From positions 2,306-66,305 of the forward strand of contig DASZJD010000080.1 in assembly GCA_035948415.1 (NCBI GenBank): a DNA stretch of 64,000 nucleotides, read 5' to 3'. This document shows, piece after piece, positions 44,370 to 54,085 of the stretch. The stretch is from Acidimicrobiia bacterium (GTDB lineage Bacteria; Actinomycetota; Acidimicrobiia; IMCC26256; PALSA-555). Each line of letters opens with the position of its first letter. The first letter of the stretch is position 1. The notes under the pieces were generated by a model. That model did not search any database and had not been told where the DNA came from. It saw only the letters and a program-made list of their open reading frames with translations. The translations under genes and the position numbers were made by a program.

Positions 44370-44729
44370 ATGGAGATTTTCAAGGAGTTCTCCTTCGAGG
44401 CCGCCCACCGTCTCCCGCACGTACCGGTCGGGCACAAGTGTTCTCGCCTCCACGGCCATTCGTTCCGCGTGAGCGTGCACATCGAGGGGCCGACCGGCGC
44501 GGAGACGGGGTGGGTACGGGACTTCGCGGACCTGAGCTGCGCGATGGAGCCCGTCCTGAGGCGGCTCGACCACTACTACCTGAACGACATCGAGGGACTC
44601 GACAACCCCACCAGCGAGACGCTGGCTCGTTGGATCTGGGAGCGGTTGCTGCCCGCGCTGCCCGGACTGTCGCAAGTCGTGGTGCGCGAGACCTGCACGT
44701 CGGGATGCGTGTACCGAGGCGAGCCGTGA
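44370..44729 (+). CDS. queD: 6-carboxy-5,6,7,8-tetrahydropterin synthase
   Basis: 119 aa. '[26 protein letters not shown]' and '[18 protein letters not shown]...[12 protein letters not shown]' are near-canonical QueD. Confidence 0.9.
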   Translation: MEIFKEFSFEAAHRLPHVPVGHKCSRLHGHSFRVSVHIEGPTGAETGWVRDFADLSCAMEPVLRRLDHYYLNDIEGLDNPTSETLARWIWERLLPALPGLSQVVVRETCTSGCVYRGEP

Positions 44730-45412
44730 GTGCGCCCCGATCGGTGGATTCGGGCTCGGCGAACCGCGTCGCGGTCCTCTCGAGCGGCGGCCTCGACAGC
44801 GCGGTGCTCATCGCGGAGTTCCTGAAGCTGGGTCACGTCGTCCAACCCATCTACGTGCGGTTCGGCTTGGCCTGGGAGAAGGTCGAGGAGGAGCAGCTCC
44901 GGCGCTTCCTCGGCACGCTCCCTGGGCACCGAGCTCATCCCGTGCTCACGCTCGACTTCCCGATCACCGATGTCTACGGCTCACACTGGAGCGTGTCCGG
45001 CGATGACGTGCCGGATGCGACGTCCACCGACGACGCCGTGTACCTACCCGGCAGGAACCTGCTGCTGCTCGCCAAGTCGAGCATCTGGTGCGCGCTCCAC
45101 GACGTTCGCAACCTTGCGCTCGGGACGCTGAAGGGCAACCCGTTCGCCGACAGCAGCCGTGCCTTTTTCAGGATCGTCGAGTCGGCGGTTCATACCGCGC
45201 TGAACTTCGACCTCGAGGTGATCACCCCGTTCGCCGGGCTCACCAAGTCCGAGGTCCTCGAACGGGGGCGCGGTCTCGAGCTTCACCACACCTTCTCGTG
45301 CATCGACCCGCAGGGCGACCAGCACTGTGGGCGCTGCAACAAGTGCGCCGAGCGCCGGCGCGCGTTCGCAACGTTGGGGATCAACGACGGCACCCGGTAC
45401 GCGGCGCTCTGA
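44726..45412 (+). CDS. QueC-family PP-loop ATPase (divergent 7-cyano-7-deazaguanine synthase-like)
   Basis: GTGA overlap with queD. '[13 protein letters not shown]' PP-loop and the C-terminal 4-Cys cluster '[21 protein letters not shown]'. The central region reads '[16 protein letters not shown]' where, as I recall it, canonical QueC has 'CETDFSGYPDC'. Confidence 0.75.
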   Translation: MSAPRSVDSGSANRVAVLSSGGLDSAVLIAEFLKLGHVVQPIYVRFGLAWEKVEEEQLRRFLGTLPGHRAHPVLTLDFPITDVYGSHWSVSGDDVPDATSTDDAVYLPGRNLLLLAKSSIWCALHDVRNLALGTLKGNPFADSSRAFFRIVESAVHTALNFDLEVITPFAGLTKSEVLERGRGLELHHTFSCIDPQGDQHCGRCNKCAERRRAFATLGINDGTRYAAL

Positions 45413-45430
45413 GACCGGCCGGAGGGCCTC

Positions 45431-46342
45431 GTGACCGGGGTTTACGTGGCCCCGATCTCGTTCGGGTTGGGCGACCTCGTGGTGTCGTTGCCGGTCATCC
45501 AGGCCCTCGTCGCCGAAGGCCGTGCGGGGGGTCACGAGACGTGGGTGGTGGCGCGCTCGGTCGGACAGGCCCGGCTCGCCGAGCGCATCGAGGGCATCGC
45601 GGGGACGGTGTCCGAGGACGAATTCGATCCGACCCAGTGCCCAGGTCGCTTCATCGATCTTCGCGACCATCCCCTCCAGCGTGACTACTGGTGGGGCTCA
45701 CCGGAGTTCGAGGACGCGGTCGGGCCGTTGTCGATCAACGAGATCCTCGGCCGCATCAGCGCCGACTTCGAGATCAGCGCGGACTTCGGGCGCCCGGCTC
45801 CCTTGCTCTCGCACCCTCGACCAGAGGCCAGCGAGCAGGTCCTCTTCGTCGCCGAGACCGATGGGGCGACCAAGCGATGGGCCACCGAGCGTTGGGCGAC
45901 ATTGGCGGAAAGGATCGAAGCGCTTGGCGTCGAGGTCCGTCTCGTCACGCCAACGGCTGCGGACGGCGACATGCACGGAGCCGGCATTGAGCAGCTACGA
46001 GCCCCGAGCCCCGGCGACGCCGTGGATCTCCTCGGTGCCTGTCGCGCGGTGGTCGGCGTCGACACCGGCCTGACGCATATCGCGGTGCAACAGCGGACAC
46101 CGACGGTCACGATCTGTCGACAGCCGCCGACCTTCTTTCGGCCGTGGCCCCACTGTCGCGCCGTCGTCGGTCAGCGCTGCGACGACGTGTGCGCATCCCT
46201 CAACCGTGACCAGGCGTATAACGCACGGGTGAGTCTGCGTGGATTTCAATGGCGGCCGCGCGTCTGCCCGGTTGGAGCGCGCTGTCTGGATCCGATCCAC
46301 CCCGACCGCGTGATGGACGCCCTCCGGGAGCTCGAGTGGTAG
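45431..46342 (+). CDS. glycosyltransferase family 9-like (heptosyltransferase-type GT-B)
   Basis: The N-terminal 'ISFGLGDLVVSLPVIQAL' and C-terminal 'AVVGVDTGLTHIAVQQRTPTVTI' resemble GT9 motifs. It starts 19 nt after the queC-like stop. Confidence 0.6.
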   Translation: MTGVYVAPISFGLGDLVVSLPVIQALVAEGRAGGHETWVVARSVGQARLAERIEGIAGTVSEDEFDPTQCPGRFIDLRDHPLQRDYWWGSPEFEDAVGPLSINEILGRISADFEISADFGRPAPLLSHPRPEASEQVLFVAETDGATKRWATERWATLAERIEALGVEVRLVTPTAADGDMHGAGIEQLRAPSPGDAVDLLGACRAVVGVDTGLTHIAVQQRTPTVTICRQPPTFFRPWPHCRAVVGQRCDDVCASLNRDQAYNARVSLRGFQWRPRVCPVGARCLDPIHPDRVMDALRELEW

Positions 46343-46374
46343 GCGACCTCGAACCCGGCCAACGCGGCCGGCAG

Positions 46375-47475
46375 ATGTGGTCAGCGTCTGATCGGCAAGC
46401 ACCGAACAGCGTGCCCGTGGACTCGTGCGCGCAACACGGCGTCAGGAACTCGCAGCCCGAAGGGATCGGGCGTGTGGTTGCCATCGGCGAAATCTGTGCG
46501 TGGAACAACCTGGGCCGCAACGTGGTCTTCGCGTCCAGCGACCTCCGGCCCGTGGCGATCTTCGGGGAGACGCGTTTCCCCGAAGATGATGAGCTGTCGC
46601 AATACGACCTCGATGTCCACGCCATCGTTGATCTCCCGGGCATCGACGTCGTCGTGGTTCTCAACCACCTGGGTCTGATCCGGGCCTTCCGACGATCAGA
46701 CATTCGCGCTGGTCCGGCGCGGCGCCTCCATCCACTGTGGACGCGAACATTTGCCGCGGACGTGGAGCGCCTCGTGGCCGTCGGAGATCGACTCGTGGGG
46801 TCCCGGCCACGCGGGGCGGACGCGGGCGGATTGCTGGTCTCCGAACCCATCGGGGGGATGCCGAGCCGCTCACCGGTGGACGCCGACACCCAGCTCGAGA
46901 CTTGGGGAGCGGTCACCGCACTCGTGGGGCTGCCCGCCGGTGGCGACGACCGTGTAGCCGTCGGAGGGGAGGGGCGAGTCGCGCTCGTCTCAGCTCGGGA
47001 CGGCCGCGTCGACGACGTTCGCTGGGAGGTCGAAGTTGGGTTTCAGCCCGCGGGGCTGCTGTGGGACGGCACGCTCGTGTGGGCGGCGGGTCACGAGTCG
47101 GACACCGCGGCGATCGGCGACTACGAGTGGGAGAAGCTGCGCGGCGGCGGATTCGCGGGCCTGGACCCCGTCGATGGGGACATGGTCGTTCACGGCCACT
47201 TCTCCGACGACCTGGGATGGGGGAACGGGGGCATGGCCGTCGCGATCGCTGGCGGCGCGGTGTGCGGGATCGGCCAGACCGGCGAATTGCACCTGTTCCG
47301 CGCCCGGGACGGGGAGCCGCTCGGACACACCGCTCCCTTCGCTCACCGCTCCCTCGGGATCGCGCACACGGCCGCCGTCGGTGAGCACGTCCTCTACGGC
47401 TTCAACCGAGGCGGCTACCGCCTCCGCCGCGTCGCAGTTTCGAGCATCGCGCGTCTTGCCGGTGCCCGGGGGTGA
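46375..47475 (+). CDS. hypothetical protein, possibly beta-propeller (PQQ-like repeat) fold
   Basis: ATG 46375. Recurrent 'G.V.LV.ARDG..' and 'GELHLFRARDGEPL' strand-turn motifs. No catalytic motif recognised. Confidence 0.4.
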   Translation: MWSASDRQAPNSVPVDSCAQHGVRNSQPEGIGRVVAIGEICAWNNLGRNVVFASSDLRPVAIFGETRFPEDDELSQYDLDVHAIVDLPGIDVVVVLNHLGLIRAFRRSDIRAGPARRLHPLWTRTFAADVERLVAVGDRLVGSRPRGADAGGLLVSEPIGGMPSRSPVDADTQLETWGAVTALVGLPAGGDDRVAVGGEGRVALVSARDGRVDDVRWEVEVGFQPAGLLWDGTLVWAAGHESDTAAIGDYEWEKLRGGGFAGLDPVDGDMVVHGHFSDDLGWGNGGMAVAIAGGAVCGIGQTGELHLFRARDGEPLGHTAPFAHRSLGIAHTAAVGEHVLYGFNRGGYRLRRVAVSSIARLAGARG

Positions 47476-47498
47476 CGAGGCGACCCCAGGGTCGGTGG

Positions 47499-48050
47499 CT
47501 ACGGCGCGTACAGCTTCAGCTGCTGGTAAGGCATGAACCGTCGGCTTCCCTTGCGCACGTCCTGGAGGAGGCCGTCAAGCGCCTCCTCAAGCGCAGCGAG
47601 ATGGCGACGAAGGACCGGCAGGCGCCCTGCGAGCGAGTTGGTGTCCGAACCGCGGGAGGCGACCGCGCGTTCGGTGTGATGGATGCGGATCACCAGCACG
47701 GAGAGACGATCGAAGACCATCGCCGGGCTCTCGGTGGCGAGCGGGGCCGCGGCGACCTGGGAAACGGCGGCATCGATTCCAGCGTCGATCGCTTCGATCA
47801 GGCGGTGTCGCGTCGCGTTGAGCCGGTCGATCGCTCGCTTCGCGCTGGCAACGGTCGCGTCGTCCGCGCCGACCGTGCGGCCATCGTCCTCGAATTGCCA
47901 CTGAGCGATGTTCGTGCTGTGCAGCTCCCCGAGCAGCCCGGCGGCGTGCCCACCGCCCGCCGGCTGACCCTCGCCCTCACGAAGGATTCGGCGGAACTCC
48001 GCCGACACGCTGCTTGCGGACAAGCGACTCGGGTCAGAGAGCGGATCCAT
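47499..48050 (-). CDS. DUF4254-like protein
   Basis: ATG 48050. 'LHSTNIAQWQFEDDGR...AKRAIDRLNATRHRLIEAID' matches the signature I recall for DUF4254. From memory only. Confidence 0.45.
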   Translation of the reverse strand: MDPLSDPSRLSASSVSAEFRRILREGEGQPAGGGHAAGLLGELHSTNIAQWQFEDDGRTVGADDATVASAKRAIDRLNATRHRLIEAIDAGIDAAVSQVAAAPLATESPAMVFDRLSVLVIRIHHTERAVASRGSDTNSLAGRLPVLRRHLAALEEALDGLLQDVRKGSRRFMPYQQLKLYAP

Positions 48051-48066
48051 GAGCAACCGGCGCGGT

Positions 48067-48441
48067 CTACAGGCGAGGTGGGACGGCCGGCTCGGTGCAG
48101 AGCGGCCGTCGCTCATGTGCGGGGAACCGGTCAGCGAGTTCAAGCACTCGACCAACTCCGCGGTCGTCGATCGTGGAGGGAACCGGTGAGAGGTCGAAAT
48201 CCAGCGCGAATCCTGCTGCGCGGACGACCCGGTCGAGGGTCGCGACCGTCGGAACTTTGACGCCCGCCTCGTACGCCGACAGCGTCGAGTGAGAGGTACC
48301 CGCGAGCCGGCCGAGCTGCCGGAGGGAGAGGCCGGCCCGGCCCCGAGCCAGACGAATCACGCCGGCGGCATCCACATCCTGATGGTATCCGATCGGATAC
48401 CAGAGGCCCCGCAAGATCGAAAGGTGACCGATTAGTCTCAT
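48067..48441 (-). CDS. XRE-family helix-turn-helix protein
   Basis: 'LARGRAGLSLRQLGRLAGTSHSTLSAYEAG' HTH. It ends 16 nt upstream of the DUF4254-like gene. The start is uncertain. Confidence 0.65.
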   Translation of the reverse strand: MRLIGHLSILRGLWYPIGYHQDVDAAGVIRLARGRAGLSLRQLGRLAGTSHSTLSAYEAGVKVPTVATLDRVVRAAGFALDFDLSPVPSTIDDRGVGRVLELADRFPAHERRPLCTEPAVPPRL

Positions 48442-48491
48442 GTCCCCCGGCCGTCTGTCTCCCCGAAGGTTCACAAGCCCAGGAGGACCAG

Positions 48492-48878
48492 ATGAGTGAC
48501 AAGACCAAGGTCCGGATCACCGACGTGCGCACCGTAGGCGTGCCCGTCACCGACCAGGACCGGGCGGTGGAGTTCTATGTCGGCAAGCTCGGATTCGAGA
48601 TCCGCCTCGACGCCCCGCTTGGCGACGGCGGCCGGTGGATCGAGCTGGCGCCGCCCGGAGCTACGACGACGATCGCCCTCGTCCGTGCGCGCGATGGGAT
48701 ACCTGCGGGCGTCGAGACCGGCATCCGTTTTACGACGGCCGACGCCGACGCCGAGCACGCCGACCTGCAGGCCAGGGGCGTCGACAGCGACGATGTGTTG
48801 CGTTGGCCGGGCGTGCCGGCCATGTTCGCCTTCCGCGACCAGGATGGCAACGGGCTCGAGATCGTTCAGAGTGCCTGA
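48492..48878 (+). CDS. VOC-family (glyoxalase/bleomycin-resistance fold) protein
   Basis: 128 aa with '[20 protein letters not shown]' and '[13 protein letters not shown]'. Confidence 0.8.
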   Translation: MSDKTKVRITDVRTVGVPVTDQDRAVEFYVGKLGFEIRLDAPLGDGGRWIELAPPGATTTIALVRARDGIPAGVETGIRFTTADADAEHADLQARGVDSDDVLRWPGVPAMFAFRDQDGNGLEIVQSA

Positions 48879-48913
48879 GACCGGCTGAGGCCATTCTGCA
48901 TGAGGAGGTTCAG

Positions 48914-49192
48914 ATGAGCGTGTTGAGGAAGCGCTTCACCGCACCGTTGCAGAGGAGTCCCAACAAGGGTGGCTGGACCTTCGTGGTCATGCCCGACTCG
49001 GTCGAGTTCTTCGGCACTCGGGGGCTGGTCAAGGTGCGAGGAACCGTTGACGGATATCCCTTCCGGAGCTCCTTCATGGCGATGGGCGACGGCACCCACA
49101 AGCTCCCGATCAAGGCCGACGTACGCAGAGCCATCGGGAAGGAACGAGGCGACAACGTCACCATCCGGCTGCAGGAACGGCTCAACTCCTGA
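48914..49192 (+). CDS. DUF1905 domain protein
   Basis: ATG 48914 after 'tgaggagg'. '[48 protein letters not shown]'. Confidence 0.7.
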   Translation: MSVLRKRFTAPLQRSPNKGGWTFVVMPDSVEFFGTRGLVKVRGTVDGYPFRSSFMAMGDGTHKLPIKADVRRAIGKERGDNVTIRLQERLNS

Positions 49193-49413
49193 GCCGGCCG
49201 ATGGCTCGCCGCATTTCCCGGAGACAGCCACACCGGGACCTTCAGCGCCTCGAGAACGGCTCTCGACGAGAGAGCCTCCGTGTCCCGCCGCCCCTCACAG
49301 AGGCGGCGGGTGCGCGAGTTGGCCGGATGCGCCGCGAACGCGTCGACACAGCCGTCAAACCGCGAGTGCACTAGCTCGATGCGGATCAGCTTCATCGCGA
49401 CCATCGCTGGCCG

Positions 49414-50373
49414 TTAGATGAGCACGAGCACGAGATAAACGCTGTAGATCGTAAGAACCGCGAAGCCGGCCAGGCGTCGGAGCTCGCCACGAGGTCCGCC
49501 TAGAGCGACGATGAGCAGCGGCAGTCCGGCCGCGAGCCAGGCGGCTCCCGTCACTCCGCCGTTGGGCAGCGGGTGTATGAGGGCGGCGACGCCGAGGGTT
49601 GCCGTGGCGTTGTAGGCCGCGGAACCGATCACCCCGGCGACCGCCAATTCAGTGATGCCACGACGGGCGGCCGACCAGGCCAACGCGAACAGCTCGGCGG
49701 TGGTCGCCAACGCGACGAAGGTCAGCCCGACGGCGCTGTCGGCCAGCCCGAGGCTGTCGACGATCTGCTCGGCGCCGCTGACCGCGAGTCGTCCGCCGAG
49801 GGCCATGATCCCGACGCCGACCAGCAACAGCAAAACCGCGACCGCGCCACCTGCCTCGACGGGGTCCTCGGATGCGGGTGACGCAGCCTTGGCGCTTCCG
49901 TGGACGAACGCCTCCGTCAGTTCACCGATGGCGGGCGGCCGACGCTCGATCCGCCAAACAACAAAGAGCCCGCCGACGTAGGCCGCCACGAGCACTGCGC
50001 CGCCGGCCCGGGTCAGGCGGCCCACCGACAACAGCACGGCCGCCACCGTCCCAGCCCCGGCGGCCGCGAAGGCATAGCCGCGCACCCGCTTTCCTATCGG
50101 GAGGCCGACCAGTACCGCAATCAGGCCCAGCACGAGGGTCAGCATCGTGATGTTGGCACCGATGGCGTCGCCGACGGCGATCCCACCGCGATGACGAGCC
50201 GAGGCGAACACGGCGGTGACCAACTCCTCCGGCTCGGCGCCCGCCACGACGAGACCGACCGCCAGCGCGGTGACGCCGATCCGGCGGCCCGCTCGTGCAG
50301 CGTGCTCGGCGAACAACTCGGCGCCGACCGTCAGCAGCGCGGCTGAGAGCGCCAGAAGTATCAAGCCGGTCAC
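49414..50373 (-). CDS. Ca2+:cation antiporter (CaCA / sodium-calcium exchanger) family membrane protein
   Basis: 319 aa and highly hydrophobic, with two internally repeated halves and 'GAEPEEL'/'ATTAELF' alpha-repeat-like motifs. Confidence 0.75.
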   Translation of the reverse strand: MTGLILLALSAALLTVGAELFAEHAARAGRRIGVTALAVGLVVAGAEPEELVTAVFASARHRGGIAVGDAIGANITMLTLVLGLIAVLVGLPIGKRVRGYAFAAAGAGTVAAVLLSVGRLTRAGGAVLVAAYVGGLFVVWRIERRPPAIGELTEAFVHGSAKAASPASEDPVEAGGAVAVLLLLVGVGIMALGGRLAVSGAEQIVDSLGLADSAVGLTFVALATTAELFALAWSAARRGITELAVAGVIGSAAYNATATLGVAALIHPLPNGGVTGAAWLAAGLPLLIVALGGPRGELRRLAGFAVLTIYSVYLVLVLI

Positions 50374-50638
50374 TCAATCAGCCTGCCCGGAGGGTCGTCG
50401 TGTGAGGGGGACCCAAGGCTGGCAAGCGACCAGAGCCGCGTCGGTGCGAACCGACTACAGGCTCCTTCGACGGACCCATATCTCGAGTGTCGGGCTCGCC
50501 TCCAGGGTGTGATGACCACGGTGGCTGTTGAGGCGTCCGGGGTCCGCAATGAAGAAAGGAAGCGGGGTTCGTAACGGATTTTCGGCCCGGCGTCAACCGC
50601 GCGGCGCAGCTGGTCGCCTAGCCGGAATCACTCCAGCA

Positions 50639-51316
50639 CTAGGACGGCTTGGCATCGGCATATTCGTCGTGCCAGTTCCACCACTTGTACGGTTCGGTTT
50701 GGGGGTAGTCCTCGGGCGAGTCCTCCCAGTCCTCCTGGCGTCCGAGCGCCGTAATGTCGAGGTAGCTCCAAGTGCTCCCCATCGCTTCGTCGCCGCGGTT
50801 GTTGATGAAGTAAGTCCGGAACACGCGGTCGCCGTCGCGGATGAACGCGTTCGTGCCGTGCCATTCGTCCACGCCGAAGTCGGTGGCGAAGTCGTCCGTC
50901 ATCGTGTACCAGGGCATCGTCCAGCTCATCCGCGCCTTAACGCGCTCGATGTCTGCCTGCGCCGCGGGCGAGACGAAGACGAGAGTTGTGTCGCGGGCGT
51001 TCAAATGGGCGACATGGGCGACCTGGTCGGCAACGAGGGAGCAGCCGATGCAGGCATGGTCGGGCCAGCCGTACACATCGGGTTCGAAGAAGGCGCGGTA
51101 GACGATCAGCTGACGGCGGCCTTCGAACAGGTCGAGGAGGCTCGCTCTGCCCTTGGGTCCGTCGAACTCGTACTCCTTCTCCACAGCCAGCCACGGCATC
51201 CGCCGACGCTCGGCGGCGAGCGCGTCACGGGCGCGGGTCAACTCCTTCTCCTTCACGAGCAATTGCCGGCGCGCCGCCTCCCACCCGTCGGGCGACACGA
51301 TCGGGGGTGTGTTCAT
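50639..51316 (-). CDS. DUF899 thioredoxin-like protein
   Basis: 'WEAARRQLLVKEKELTRARDALAAERRRMPW' and 'CIGCS'. Confidence 0.8.
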   Translation of the reverse strand: MNTPPIVSPDGWEAARRQLLVKEKELTRARDALAAERRRMPWLAVEKEYEFDGPKGRASLLDLFEGRRQLIVYRAFFEPDVYGWPDHACIGCSLVADQVAHVAHLNARDTTLVFVSPAAQADIERVKARMSWTMPWYTMTDDFATDFGVDEWHGTNAFIRDGDRVFRTYFINNRGDEAMGSTWSYLDITALGRQEDWEDSPEDYPQTEPYKWWNWHDEYADAKPS

Positions 51317-51602
51317 CGCAGACTCCTATCGGGTGTTCGTCTCCAACATCGTCACGACCCGGCCCGTGCCTCGGAGCGGGCGGCGCGGCTGCTCAAATAT
51401 CGGGATCGCCCATAGCTCTCGGCTTCGTTGTGGATTGGGCATCGTGTTTGGAATGAAGGACGCGGGCCTCGGACAGGCCGAGCGGCAGTCGTCCCAGGCG
51501 ACCGATCGCGGCTCGAAGCGCGATGGCGATTCCGCTGCCGTCCGACGAGCGGTGCGAGCCACTCTTCGAACGGCACCCCAGCGACGTGCGCAATCGTCAT
51601 CG

Positions 51603-52319
51603 CTAGCTGGCCTCGTACTGGTCATGCCGATGAAACCACGACAGGTCGCCCTCGTTGCGGCCGAGCGGCGCCCGATCGAGCCATTGCCACATCGTCCACA
51701 GCACGTCGAGGCCGCGGGCATACGCGGAGTAGGTGTGGAAGACGTCGTCGCCGTCACGCGCGAACGCGCTCATGCCGGGTTGCTCGCCCGACCAGTCGCG
51801 CCAGGCGACGTTCTCCTCCTCGAGCTGCGCCTGGTCCTTGTAGTTGTACTCAACCGGTGCCACCGCGGGATCGATCGTCACATGGAAGTCGTAGTTGAAG
51901 CTGCTCCCGAACGACGAGATCCAACGGAAGTTCCATCCCATGCGTCGCTTGTACGCGACGAGGTTGGCGAGCGGCGCGCGCGACACCACGGCGAACGCCA
52001 CATCGTGGTGCTCGAGGTGCGGGACGCTGCCGGCGAATCCGTCCGCGACCGCCGAGCAGCTCGGACAGCCTTCGTCCCAGTCCGGCCCCAACATGAAGTG
52101 ATAGACGAGCATCTGCGAACGCCCCCCGAACAGATCGCGCAGCGACGCGTCGCCGTCTTCGGTCGCGAACCGGTAATCCTTCTCAACCGGCACCCAGGGC
52201 AGGTCACGCCGCCGTCGCGCAAGCTCGTCGCTGCGGCGCGTTAATTCCTTCTCAGCTTCGAGCAGCTCGAGGCGAGCTGCAAGCCATTCGTCGCGCGTGC
52301 CGAGTGTGTGGGATGCCAT
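51603..52319 (-). CDS. DUF899 thioredoxin-like protein (paralogue)
   Basis: 'WLAARLELLEAEKELTRRSDELARRRRDLPW' and 'CPSCS'. Confidence 0.8.
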   Translation of the reverse strand: MASHTLGTRDEWLAARLELLEAEKELTRRSDELARRRRDLPWVPVEKDYRFATEDGDASLRDLFGGRSQMLVYHFMLGPDWDEGCPSCSAVADGFAGSVPHLEHHDVAFAVVSRAPLANLVAYKRRMGWNFRWISSFGSSFNYDFHVTIDPAVAPVEYNYKDQAQLEEENVAWRDWSGEQPGMSAFARDGDDVFHTYSAYARGLDVLWTMWQWLDRAPLGRNEGDLSWFHRHDQYEAS

Positions 52320-52632
52320 CGGCGCTTCGTCTCCTTCCGGTGGCGGTCGTGCGACCTACGCCGACACCACTCTCGTCCAACATCCTCACGAATCAGTCCC
52401 CATCTTGGACTGGGTCGTACCGCCCAACTCACGTGGGGCGTCCGACCATCCCGCCTCATCCGAGGCCCGCGCTTCGTCATCCGGATGCCCGGACTGATGG
52501 ATCTCGGCCACCGTCGAGGTCGATGACGGTTGGAAGGTCACGGTCACGATCGAGTCCTGGAACCGGGTCACGCGCGAAGACCACGTGGAAGACCCGCGAG
52601 TCAGAGCGGGGGACCGAGGTCTGTTCACGTGC

Positions 52633-53685
52633 TCATCCACCGATCGCTGGGCCGGCCGGTGTGACCGGCGGGAGGTCCGTGGTTGAGAGGATCCCTGGTG
52701 GCGCTGCGCAGACGTAGGGGATGGCGTTGACTGGCCGGTTCGCGGTGTACGCAGGTGTGAAGGACCCGATCTCGTCGAGCGGGATTGGGAAGGCCAGCTC
52801 GACGTCGAGTGGAGCGTCGCCCTTCACCTGCACACGCCACCCAGTTGGGCGCAACTCCCAGGCCGGCTCGATCTCCGTGGTGCAGTACCAGGTCGGTGTG
52901 AAGCGGATGCGGTCGGTGCCGCCGCTGCGCCCGATGATCCGAGTGCGCTGCGCGGCCACGGAGCCGGCCGAGATCTGACCGGCGACGATGGAGGTGGTGC
53001 GCCGGGCCGCGGCGACTTCTCCGGTACAGATCCACTCGTCGACGGCGCAGCCGGCGGCTTCGGCAAGGATGCCGAGCGCTGGTCCGAACTCCCCAAGCAA
53101 GAAGGATGAGCGGTTCGGGTCGAAGGATTCGAGCGGCCGACCGAATCCCATGAGCTCGAACAGCAGATTTGGCGAGTCCCGTCGCGAGAGGTTCGCGAAC
53201 TCGTCGATCTCGATCGCCTCGACCCGGCGCTGCAGGGAGAGCAGCGCCAAGGGAAGCGCGTCGGTGATGAACCCGGGACTGCTTCCAGTTGCGTAGATAG
53301 ACGAGCTGCCCCGGGAGCATGCACGCTCGATGGCCGCGCGCCGCCCCTCACCCAGCCGCTCCCCCCGGGCGAAGAGCTCACCGCGGGTGGTGACGACGTT
53401 CGTACCGGCCTCGAGCAGCGCGACGACATCATCGAGCTCAAGGGCACTTGGCATGTACAGCGCACAGTCGGCGCCGAGGGCGTGGATAGCGCCCCGGTCG
53501 GTGGTCGCTGCAATCCCGCTTGGGTCCTCGCCGCAGAGGACTCCCGCGTCGACACCGTCCTTGGCCGGGTCGTAGACCAGCACCCCGACTAGCTCAAGGG
53601 ATGGGTGTCGGATCACCTCGCGTAAGGCGCGCAGGCCGATGTTGCCGGTGGCCCATTGCACGACTCGGTAGCGCGAAGGGCTCAC
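52633..53685 (-). CDS. NAD(P)-binding DapB-like / amine-dehydrogenase-like oxidoreductase
   Basis: 'YRVVQWATGNIGLRALREVIRHPSLELVGVLVYDPAK', an N-terminal Rossmann typical of the dihydrodipicolinate-reductase-like family. Confidence 0.6.
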   Translation of the reverse strand: MSPSRYRVVQWATGNIGLRALREVIRHPSLELVGVLVYDPAKDGVDAGVLCGEDPSGIAATTDRGAIHALGADCALYMPSALELDDVVALLEAGTNVVTTRGELFARGERLGEGRRAAIERACSRGSSSIYATGSSPGFITDALPLALLSLQRRVEAIEIDEFANLSRRDSPNLLFELMGFGRPLESFDPNRSSFLLGEFGPALGILAEAAGCAVDEWICTGEVAAARRTTSIVAGQISAGSVAAQRTRIIGRSGGTDRIRFTPTWYCTTEIEPAWELRPTGWRVQVKGDAPLDVELAFPIPLDEIGSFTPAYTANRPVNAIPYVCAAPPGILSTTDLPPVTPAGPAIGG

Positions 53686-54027
53686 CGACCCCGGCCCCTG
53701 AGGGGTTGAGCCTCGAGGGCTTCCGGCGCGAGCACCTCGCGGCGCTGTGTCGTCATCGCCTCAGCTCAGGGGGAGCCCGACCACGGCTGATAAGTCAAGT
53801 CTTGAGCCATTCGGGGACGACCTCCGGCTGGGCGCCCGCAGCCGCACGCCGTCGCTTCGTTCAATGACCCCCTCGTCGGTGCCGAGATAGGGGCTGATTA
53901 CCGCCGGGTCGTGGCGCACGTGGTTCCCGTTCCGACAGGCGATACTGCGCGCGCCGCGCTGCAGCCGCGGCACGCGGGTCATTTAACACCTGTGTCGCTC
54001 AGCGTCAGATCCCGCACCATTTCTACC

Positions 54028-54085
54028 GAGCTCTCTCGCTCCGGGCTGACGTTGAAACAGCAGCCGCGTCAGCCCGAGCGAGCTC
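54028..54085. other. long imperfect stem-loop in a 498-bp intergenic gap
   Basis: The left arm (54028-54051) pairs with the right arm (54067-54085) for at least 16 bp, including CCGGGCTGACG/CGTCAGCCCGG, with a 15-nt loop. Hand-paired. Confidence 0.5.

Noticed and set aside
49190-49413. Read-through of the DUF1905 stop (TGA 49190-49192) into a YdeI/OmpD-associated-like C-terminal domain
   Set aside because: The in-frame continuation ('...FSASRTALDERASVSRRPSQRRRVRELAG...') resembles the usual fused C-terminal domain only loosely, needs indels, and is Arg-rich like random GC-rich frames. It is at best a decayed domain and is not supportable by eye.
52386-52640. 84-aa minus-strand ORF in the gap between the DUF899 and DapB-like genes
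   Set aside because: It has no recognisable motif or RBS and overlaps the 3' end of 52633..53685. There is not enough evidence to call it.
53761-53982. 73-aa minus-strand ORF in the 498-bp gap
   Set aside because: Arg-rich with no motif or RBS. It is probably a chance ORF.
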